Assembly (NCBI GenBank): GCA_951406725.2
Contig: OX597818.1
Coordinates: 132,866,001 to 132,930,000, forward strand
Origin: Octopus vulgaris
Taxonomy: Eukaryota
Length of the DNA: 64,000 bases
Direction of reading: 5' to 3'
Position 1 is the stretch's first letter. The number at the start of each line of letters is the position of its first letter. This document shows positions 54,547-64,000 of this stretch, one piece after another. The translations under genes were made by a program, and so were the position numbers. The notes beneath the pieces were generated by a model, which worked only from the letters and a program-made list of their open reading frames with translations, was not told where the DNA came from and did not search any database.

Positions 54547-54708
54547 GCTTCGTTTTACTTTTCGCCTCTTATCACTTTGATAGAATATGCTTTCTTTGAA
54601 AGTAAAATGAAATTTAGATTAAATGCTGATTTGATAAAAGCCCACGGGATATAAGAAAAAAAATAACTTTTACATATGTATTTATTTATATGTAAATCTC
54701 TCTCTTCA

Positions 54709-54744
<36 letters not shown>

Positions 54745-55384
54745 TGTGTATGTGAGTGTATTTGTATGTGTGTAAGCAAATGTGTAAATATAAAACATGT
54801 TCTTATATATGAATACATACGTTTCTTCTTATACATCTAATTTCAAAGAATAAAACAGCAGTGTACTATATAATCTTTTATATTATTTTACGTATTCATT
54901 AATATATAAACGTATATTGTCATGAAATGTATAGCTCTATTGAAATGCACAATACTGAATGCATTAATATAGAACTACTTGTACATCTGCACATCAATAT
55001 AAACTCAATTATATCAAATTGTCTTGATTACACAGCGATTTCTCCAAGGGAATTTTCATTGCACATATTTGTTTTATATTTCATTTACATAATTAAATAA
55101 CTAACTTCCTTGGTCATATCGTATATTTCATAGCAATTTTCAGATTTGTGTATGGCTTTACTAAAGATTATATGTAGAATGCAGAGTAGAGAATGTAAGT
55201 TTATTTCAACTCATAAAACGTTAGTTTTTCTGACACACACGAATACATACAGAGACGCAACTAGACAATAATATAAATATTTATTTTTTTTATTATAACA
55301 AGCAAAAATTAATAATTTTTTTATTCTTACCTCTAAATTGAATTAAAAGCTAAGACAACTTGCACCTGTAAGATTTTGAATTTA

Positions 55385-55520
55385 TTACCGACAGAAGACA
55401 CAACTCATTTTCAGATGGGTGAATAGAACCACAGAAATGAAGTATCTTGCCCAAGGACACAATGCGTTGTCCATTTCGAGAATCGAACTCATGATCATGG
55501 AATCACGAGTCCATTGGCCT
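55385..55520 (-). mobile_element. Older tRNA-derived SINE fragment
   Basis: gaagtatcttgcccaaggacacaatgcg...gaatcgaactc (reverse B box). Confidence 0.6.
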
Positions 55521-55577
55521 CTATGTGTGTCTGAATGTATGTATGTATGTATGTATGTATGTATGCATGTATGTATG

Positions 55578-55624
<47 letters not shown>

Positions 55625-55631
55625 GTGTGTG

Positions 55632-55674
<43 letters not shown>

Positions 55675-55794
55675 GTTTTGGGATCACTACTACTTTGTTA
55701 TCTTCCCTACTTCTTAGCTCTCCTGTGTGACCCCTCGTCCGGCATTCGCCATGATAGATCGTTAGCCACTACACACATTTTTTCTCTCCTTGTT

Positions 55795-55832
55795 TCTTTC
55801 TGTGGAAGAGTGTATGCTCGAAACGTTAAAGA
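55795..55832 (+). ncRNA. Minimal hammerhead-like motif (A6U variant) in a 250 bp element (55672-55925) flanked by (TA)n
   Basis: tcttt CTGTGGA a gag-tgtatg-ctc GAAA CG TT aaaga; perfect 5 bp stem I, palindromic AACGTT. Confidence 0.6.
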
Positions 55833-55935
55833 CTTTTTCAATTCCCGAGCGTTATACAAATACATCTGTTTGTTTTCTACACCACCTGTCTTCGTCTTTT
55901 GTTGTTTTTTTTATGAATTCTCCCTATATATATAC

Positions 55936-55976
<41 letters not shown>

Positions 55977-56536
55977 CGTACGTATATATGAATATGCCCA
56001 GTTATTGAAAATCTTTCTCCGAGAATTGAAATCTAATGGCCTCTGCGTGTATTTGTTTATCTATGTGTGAATATATAATTGTGTGTGTCTATTTACACTC
56101 CTCCTCTTTCTTCCCCTGGACACGGAACGACCTTTCACAATGAAAATAGAAATCTGCTCCAAGACGAGATTAGTGAAAACCTATTTGGGCTGTGTATGAT
56201 GTTAACGGATCGTAGAGCCAATGCGTTTTTGCGTTTGTTCGTGTCGTCAGCTAAAAACACCAAATCTGTCCTTCACAGCCCGTAAAGACTTCGTTTAATT
56301 CTAACTTGACCAGATTTTACGCATATCAGAAAACACAACGTCTGCTGTTCTAATATAAGAACGAATAGTTCTTTTCGAGCTGCGAAGGGTAGATTTGGTG
56401 TTCGTAGCTGACAATAGAAAAAACCGCAGAAACAGATGTGTGCTACGATCCAGTGACGTCATTCATAGTCGAAAGTGTTTTTACACACGCTGTCTAAGAG
56501 GAAAATTCTCTCCCATAACTCTCCGCAGTATATAAA

Positions 56537-56775
56537 GGTGCAGGCGTGGCTGTGTGGTAAAAAGTTTGCTTCCCAAACACATGGTTCCGGGTTCAGTCCC
56601 ACTGCGTCGCACCTTGAGTGATTGTCTTCTACTAACTATAGTCCCTCGGAGTGACCAAAGCCTTGTGAGTAGATTTGTTTGGCGGAAACTGAAAGAAGCC
56701 CGTCATATGTGTGGGCGTTTACGTATGCATGTGTCTTCGTGTATGTGTTTGTCCCACACCACCGCTTGACAATCG
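56537..56775 (+). mobile_element. SINE family B 5' part, diverged
   Basis: ggtgcaggcgtggctgtgtggtaa...gggttcagtcccactgcgt. Confidence 0.85.
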
Positions 56776-56872
56776 GTAGGTAGGTTCCTACCTACCTACC
56801 TACATACATACATACATACATCCATCCATCCATCCATACATACATACATACATACATACATACATACATACA

Positions 56873-56902
<30 letters not shown>

Positions 56903-56903
<1 letters not shown>

Positions 56904-57508
56904 GTAAGCACAACAAACATGACATAATGACTTGGGATAGAGTAAAAAGAAACTGTGTTCAGTTGTGGAAATTAGCTGCCCAGCGGGTGTTAACATAAAG
57001 CTGAAGATCAGTGTAAAGAGAATGTCTACGTTGAACTATGAAGAAATCTGCAGTTACTCTATCCAAATTATAAGTTCAGGTTTATACCTGTAATTATTGG
57101 GGCAATGGGATATATAACACACTGCCTAAATGTCAATCTTCAGAAATCAGGCTCCTCAAAACCAGAAAGGAGAAGGGTAATTTGAAGACTACAAATCCAA
57201 TCCATCACTGGAATTGTAAAAATCTGTAAAACTTTCCGGAAGTTAATCATTTAAATATATATGAGCATGTCTAGATATGAAACTATATGCAGGAGAATAC
57301 ATACATGAAGCAAAACACACAAATCTGCACACATACATACATACATACATACATACATACATACATACATACATACATACATACATACATACATACAAAA
57401 ATACCCTGTTGTTGATGTTGAAATTCCAATTAAGGAGCCCTGGATCTAGGTTAGAAACAGGCTCTTTCTCTATTGGCAAGAAATCTTGAAATAAAACTGA
57501 ACAATGAC
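56903..57508 (+). mobile_element. R4-like RLE LINE 3' end inserted in (TACA)n
   Basis: CKHNKHDIMTWD, VVEISCPA, RNLQLLYPNYKFRFIPVIIGAMG, QSITGIVKICKTF; homologous to 16228-17100. Confidence 0.85.
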
Positions 57509-57597
57509 ATACACATACATACATATACATACATACATACATACATACATACATACATACATACATACATACATACATACATACATACATACATACA

Positions 57598-58104
57598 TGG
57601 TGGCTGCCCCCTAGTTATCGAGTATGGCCATTGCACGAAGTTTAATCAATGTTATTATCGTGCAATGCCTGTGCAAGAAGATTTTTTTTTTAAAGTGAGG
57701 AGGAAAGGCTGTGCACTGAGTCAATCCCACTCACTAAGCAACAGCAGCCATAATCCGAAAAGAAGAACAAGTCAACATCATCGGTAACCACTGAGCCACA
57801 GATTTTATTTTGGAGTTATTCCAGTTACCTGTGTTACCTTCTCCTAGAAGGATGCCCTAAGAAAAGATAGGAGTCCTTCACTCCCAATGGTTTAACCACG
57901 CAATCGGGTATTCAGGCCGATTATTTCTATGTCCCCACGCACGATACAGCCTTAAGACATTTATTGGATGGCCGTTGACTCTCAAGAGTTCCTCCGCCCT
58001 TTGATGGGTTTTGTTTTTCATCCCGCAAAGTGTCCAATAAACACCCTCCTCACCAAGCAAGCTTGGTGGGGTTGCCGGTTTAGTCGCCGACGACCTGACC
58101 GTGC
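57598..58104 (-). mobile_element. RTE-derived non-autonomous element, apparently full length, (TATG)n on both sides
   Basis: 5' gcacggtcaggtcgtcggcgactaaaccgg...gggcatccttctaggagaagg; 3' ggggcagccaccatgtatgtatg; no long ORF. Confidence 0.7.
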
Positions 58105-58122
58105 TACATACATACATACATA

Positions 58123-58226
58123 CCTTGTTGTTGATGTTGAAATTCCAATGAAGGAGTCTTGGATCTAGGTTAGAAACCGGCTCTTTCTTTATTGGCAAGA
58201 TATCTTGAACTTAGCTGAATAATGAC
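58123..58226 (+). mobile_element. 3' end only of the (TACA)n-associated RLE LINE
   Basis: Matches 57401-57508 and 15271-15375. Confidence 0.75.
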
Positions 58227-58560
58227 ATACATACATACATACATACATACATGCATACATACATACATACATACATACATACATACATACATACATACAT
58301 ACATACATACATACATACATACATACATAAAAACGCAGTCACACTTTTTCCATAACAGCACTTTCTTTAATGCCAATAGGAGTTATAAAGTATCGATATG
58401 CAAATATGCTTTCACCCCCGATTGTCTCCTCTACTTCCTTTTCCTTCATCTTTATTCTCCTTTTCGTTTGTGTCTTAACCTATGTCCCTCTTTTCTTCCA
58501 GTCTACATCCTGGTCTATTTCCCTGGCTCACATTACGTTTATTGTATATATTTTTTTTTG

Positions 58561-58668
58561 CATGTATGCATGTATGTTTTTGTATGTATGTATGTATGTA
58601 TGTATGTATGTATGTATGTATGTATGTATGTATGTATGTATGTATGTATATGTATGTATGTATGTATG

Positions 58669-58700
<32 letters not shown>

Positions 58701-58708
58701 CATGCATG

Positions 58709-58740
<32 letters not shown>

Positions 58741-58806
58741 TATATGTATGTATGTATGTATATATGTATGTATGTATATATGTATGTATGTATGTATATA
58801 TGTATG

Positions 58807-58840
<34 letters not shown>

Positions 58841-58866
58841 TGTATGTATGTATGTATGTATGTATG

Positions 58867-58898
<32 letters not shown>

Positions 58899-58936
58899 TG
58901 TATGTATGTATGTATGTATGTATGTATGTATGTATG

Positions 58937-58968
<32 letters not shown>

Positions 58969-58994
58969 TGTATGTATGTATGTATGTATGTATG

Positions 58995-59054
<60 letters not shown>

Positions 59055-59100
59055 TGTATGTATGTATGTATGTATGTATGTATGTATGTATGTATGTATG

Positions 59101-59132
<32 letters not shown>

Positions 59133-59134
59133 TG

Positions 59135-59166
<32 letters not shown>

Positions 59167-59316
59167 TGTATGTATGTATGTATGTATGTATGTATGTATG
59201 TATGTATGTATGTATGTATGTATGTATGTATGTATGTATGTATGTATGTATGTATGTATGTATGTATGTATGTATGTATGTATGTATGTATGTATATATG
59301 TATATATGTATGTATG

Positions 59317-59350
<34 letters not shown>

Positions 59351-59368
59351 TGTATGTATGTATGTATG

Positions 59369-59402
<34 letters not shown>

Positions 59403-59436
59403 TGTATGTATGTATGCATGTATATGTATGTATGTA
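58561..59436. repeat. ~875 bp (TATG)n array
   Basis: Directly visible; source of the 300-425 aa MYVC/HTYI ORFs. Confidence 0.98.
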
Positions 59437-59817
59437 TTCGTTTTTATTTATGTTATTTATATTTATATTTATAATTTACGTTTTTACCATTATAGCTAGA
59501 TACCTTGTCAACCTACGTGCTTTAAATGTTTAAAATGTTAAACTTCATATTGTAAGCTTTTAAATCTTAGAATTTTAGTATTTGTAAGATTAGATTTGTC
59601 CAAATTAATATCCGCATAAACATGTACGTCATACTAAAATTTTAGTCCAAGTCGGAAACAGTAATGTAAAACACAGTGATGACGGTACTAAAAGACTAAC
59701 AAAAAGGTAGACTATAATATTGTAATGTTTTCACTATAAAACACCCACACGCACACACACACGCACACGCACACACACACGCACACGCACACACACACGC
59801 ACACGCACACACACACG

Positions 59818-59860
<43 letters not shown>

Positions 59861-59866
59861 ATATGT

Positions 59867-60085
59867 TCTTTTACGCTTTTACTTGTTTCAGTCATTTGAC
59901 TGCGGCTGTTTTGGAGCACCGCCTTTTAGTCGAAGATATCGACCTCAGGACTTATTCTTTGTTAGCATGGTACTTATTCTATCGGTCACTTTTGCCGAGC
60001 CGCTAAGTTACGGGGATGTAAGCACACCAACATCAGCTGTCAAGTGATGGGCAGGGAACAAACATAGACATAGACACACGCACAT

Positions 60086-60160
<75 letters not shown>

Positions 60161-60316
60161 CGACGGGCTTCTTTCAGCTTCCGTTTACCCAATTCACTCA
60201 CAAGGATTTGGTCTGCCCGTGGCTATGATAGGAGACACCCAAGTTGCCACGCAGTGGGACTGAGGCCGAAACCATATGGTCGGAAAGCAATCTTCATACC
60301 ACACAGCTACGCCTGC
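59867..60316 (-). mobile_element. SINE family B, diverged
   Basis: Reverse-complement match with expanded (CA)n. Confidence 0.88.
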
Positions 60317-60749
60317 CCCTTAAAAGCGCCTGCCCCTTAAAAGTTGCCAGAAGGCATCTACGGAGAATCAATTCCCACACCTCTCACATACCGGTTGCGT
60401 GCTCTGTATCATTAAGCTACGCGGTCCTCGACTTATATATAGTTCATTGATGAGAATCAGATATTCTCCGAATAGAATACACTTAGTAGTGCTCAATAGA
60501 TTTAAAGTTCATCGGGTACAGAGGTATCTGTAGGGAAAGTAAGTTAGAAAGATCAGTATATAAAGTATATTAAATACATGAAATACAATATATATAAATG
60601 TTTGCATACAAAAAGGTCCGACCTACACAGAATACAAATGACACAGAGAATTAAAGGGGTTTAAAAAAATTATTACAAATTCAACAGCTGTTTCTGGGGG
60701 CTCGGTGTCAACAGATTGATTCCATCGTAGGATGAGAGGAACCTGGATT

Positions 60750-60903
60750 TGTTTACGTCCCCGTCACCTAGCGGTTCGGCAAAAGAGACCGATAGAATAA
60801 GTACTGGGCTTACAAAAGAATAAGTCCCGGGGTCGATTTGCTCGACTAAAAGGCGGTGCTCCAGCATGGCCGCAGCCAAATGACTGAAACAAGTAAAAGA
60901 GTA
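60750..60903 (+). mobile_element. SINE family B 3' part
   Basis: tgtttacgtccccgtcacctagcggttcggc to aaacaagtaaaagagt. Confidence 0.9.
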
Positions 60904-62369
60904 ACACATGGAAGGACATGTTTTTGGTGCGAAAGTTTATCTAGCATCGGTGTTGTTAGCCCTTCTGTGTATGTGTTGTACTCTCGAAAAAAACAAAATA
61001 ATCTATACGTTTAATGCGTCGTACAAAAATTGCACAAATAAATGTGATCGTGTATGACAGTGCATGTGTGTCAAGTGTATATTTATGTGTGTATGTGTGT
61101 GTGTGGGGGGTGTATGCAAGTAATAAGTACAGTTCTTGAGTTTTGCTACTATTTGTTTTAAAACGACAATAATTATTATTGTTTCTTCTAATATTATTAG
61201 ACTGAAAGCATTTTTAAGTATCGCTCTACTAAATACGTTATTGCCTTAAGCACAAAAACTCGAAATATTTGTAGTGCCAAGAAAATTTCCAGGTGTGTAT
61301 TTTCTGGTGATTAAGTAAATGCAATTGGCTTCTCATGTAAACAAAAAAAAAAAAAAACAGAAAAAAAAAACAGAAAAGAATTGTTATATATCTTATTCGC
61401 ACACCTCAATATACATTTGTCATATTTGTAACGAAGGATTACTTATTAGTATCAGCTTGCCTGCATATATAATTTTATTTTTATGTATACAGGCAAATAC
61501 ATCGTTTCTTTTCCAAATTGTTTAATATTATCCTTCAGATATCATTGTTTGCGTTCATAAAAGAAATTAATGAAATTACAAACTGAATACCTATTTTTGA
61601 TATTTGAAAACACTTTAAACGCAGAAGAGAAGGTTGATAAAAGATTTTCTTCAAGCAATATGTCGCCACATATAATTTTATTCATCGTTTTTATTGCTGT
61701 TGTTGTTTCCTTTTCTTAGATGCTAGATGGCAATCACTTGAATACTGTCTCCAACATAAAATTAAACAGTCTGCATTTGCAATACTTTAGAAATATAATG
61801 CTTACCTTTTTTCTTTCCAATAAGCAAATCGAATTAGAGACTTAATCATTTCAAAATTAGTATTAATCTAGCTGTGAAGTTAAAGTATTATAAATTACTA
61901 ATAAAATTGTTTCAGTGCCTCACATAAATAATATAGATAACTTTCCTCAGGCTAAAAATTAGAAGAGTGTTAAATGAGTGGAGGACACATCCTTTCAGGT
62001 CATCACACAGTGTGATCTTTACAGTTTGTTTGACTTCCAAAATTTCTTTTTAAATTGTACAGCAAGACTCTACGAATTTGATCTCCTATCTATCATTTCA
62101 CTATTTCAGTTAAGTTGCTACTAACTATTCTTTTAGAAAACTGTAAATAAACTAATAAATAAATAAAATACAATAAAACATTCCATTTGGTAGTTATAGT
62201 TGCAGGTATGGTTTTTGCGATTAAGAAATTTGCTTTGCAGCCATGTTGTTTTAGATTTGGTCCAACCGTATAACGATTTAGGTGACATGGGTCGACCAAT
62301 GCCTCATGAGAGAGTTTCGTAGCTAGTAACTGTGGGAGAGTTTATGTATGGCAATACGTTTCTACTACG

Positions 62370-62762
62370 AAGGCGGCGAGATGGCAGAATCGTTAGGACA
62401 CCAGGCGAAATGCTCAACAGTATTTCGTCTGCCTCTGAGTTCAAATTCCGCCGAGGTCGACTTTGCCTTTCATCCTTCCGGGGTCGATTAAATAAGTACC
62501 AATCACGCACTGTGGTCGATATAATCGACTTAATCCGTTTGTCTGTCCTCTCTGTGTTTAGTCCCTTGTGAGTAGTAAAGAAATAGGTATTTCATCTGTC
62601 TTAACGTTCTGAATTCAAATTCCGCCGAGGTCGACTTTGCCTTTCATCCTTTTGGAGTCGATGAATTAAGTACCAGTTTATGCACTGGGGTCGATCTAAT
62701 CGACTTAATCCCTTTGTCTGTCCTTGTTTGTCCCCTCTGTTTAGCCCCTTGTGGGCAATAAA
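62370..62762 (+). mobile_element. SINE family A with duplicated body
   Basis: Same organisation as 8336-8753. Confidence 0.9.
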
Positions 62763-62779
62763 AAAATTTTTTAATACGT

Positions 62780-62990
62780 TTCTAGAGCGCGTCAATGTCC
62801 GCTGTTTACCGGGATGTTTCCTACAGACATTCTGAACAGTCCCATCTGCTTCAAACTTATCTCTAATTCGAGTGATGGTAACTGGCGAAGGTCGACCTGT
62901 TTGAAACTCCCTCCTAAATTGTTTTTGCACTTCGACTGAACTTTCAAAGTTGCAATAACACTTTATGATAAATTTTCTTTGTTCAAAGCT
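62780..62990 (-). mobile_element. Tc1/mariner-superfamily transposase N-terminal HTH fragment
   Basis: EQRKFIIKCYCNFESSVEVQKQFRREFQTGRPSPVTITRIRDKFEADGTVQNV (DUF4817-like). Confidence 0.78.
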
Positions 62991-63009
62991 TAGTCAAGCT
63001 CCCTTTATT

Positions 63010-63408
63010 ATTTCTTTATTGCCCACCAGGGGCTAAACATAGAGGGAACAAACAAGGACAGACAAAGGTATTAATTCGATTACATCGACCCAGTGCGTAA
63101 CTGGTACTTATTTAATCGACCCCAAGAGGATGAAAGGCAAAGTCGACCTCGGCGGAATTTGAACTTAGAACATAATGGCAGACGAAATACCTATTTCTTT
63201 ACTACCCACAAGGGGCTAAACACAGAGAGGACAAACAAGGACAGACAAACGGATTAAGTCGATTATATCGACCCTAGTGCGTAACTGGTACTTATTTAAT
63301 CGACCCCGAAAGGATGAAAGGCAAAGTCGACCTCGGCGGAATTTGAACTCAGAACGTAGCGGCAGACGAAATACTGCTAAGCATTTCGCCCGGCGTGCTT
63401 ACGTTTCT
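63010..63408 (-). mobile_element. SINE family A with duplicated body
   Basis: Reverse complement of 62370-62762 organisation. Confidence 0.9.
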
Positions 63409-63552
63409 AATGTGTTGAATAAAAGAAGAAATGAAAATATAGAAATAAAGTGAGTTATCAGTTGTTAAAGTGGGTATACTTTTTTAAGACATCATGTATA
63501 CACACGCACACACATAAATAAATGAATATGTATACATACATATACACGCACA

Positions 63553-63634
<82 letters not shown>

Positions 63635-63779
63635 AAAGTAAAAAAATATACAAACTGGGACAAGAACGTGAAACATTTAGAAGACGACACAAAAAACACG
63701 GACGGGACATTCGAAGCCCTCAATCATCAGTCAAGAACCGGATCGTCTTCGCAATTTCGGCTATATATATACAAAGTGT

Positions 63780-64000
63780 GCGCTACTTTGTGTTTGTCTC
63801 TTACCCCTTGACAACCGGTGGCGGTTTGTTTATGTCCCCATCGCTTAGAAGTTCTGCAAGAAAAAAAATTTTTAAGACTGGTCGTACCAGACTTTAATAA
63901 ATGATATATAATGGGGTCGTTTGATCGACTAAATCCTTCAAGATGATGCCTCAACATGCCTGCAGTCCAATGACTAAAACAAGTAACGAATAAAAGAATG
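63780..64000 (+). mobile_element. SINE family B 3' part, diverged
   Basis: cttgacaaccggtggcggtttgtttatgtcccc...atgactaaaacaagtaa. Confidence 0.75.

Noticed and set aside
58222-59533. Longest ORFs in the window (314-425 aa)
   Set aside because: (TATG)n lacks stop codons in all frames; MYVC/HTYI repeats are artefacts
63632-63762. (TA)n-flanked segment with minus-strand GCCGAAATTGCG and CTGATGA
   Set aside because: Motifs are in the wrong order or lack pairing stems; may be a truncated Penelope-type repeat but not callable

Overview
AT-rich, extremely repeat-dense animal DNA. The SINE families and the microsatellite load look like an octopod cephalopod (Octopus-like); that is an inference from repeat content, not a database match. 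I found no intact protein-coding gene, rRNA, true tRNA or CRISPR array, and nearly all listed ORFs are translations of microsatellites or SINEs. The window holds about 30 copies of three tRNA-derived SINE families plus a fourth SINE-like family. It also holds decayed non-LTR retrotransposons (Tx1/L1-like, RTE, R4/Dong-type restriction-like-endonuclease, CR1-like), at least four Penelope-like remnants, mariner/Tc1 and hAT fragments, and two small non-autonomous Helitrons. The least obvious signal is RNA-level: several type I hammerhead ribozyme motifs from unrelated repeat families. Three keep the full catalytic core (7905-7985 +, 35731-35778 +, 43889-43951 -). One of these sits in a ~410-430 bp tandem repeat with retrozyme-like organisation, and a decayed one sits in a 290 bp tRNA-containing tandem repeat. 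Other points: (TACA)n-associated retroelements nested in the same order at two loci, long inverted-repeat pairs, a templated insertion near 1.5 kb, and a weak candidate first exon of a minus-strand gene near 5.5 kb. Element boundaries are read by eye and are approximate unless target-site duplications (TSDs) are given.
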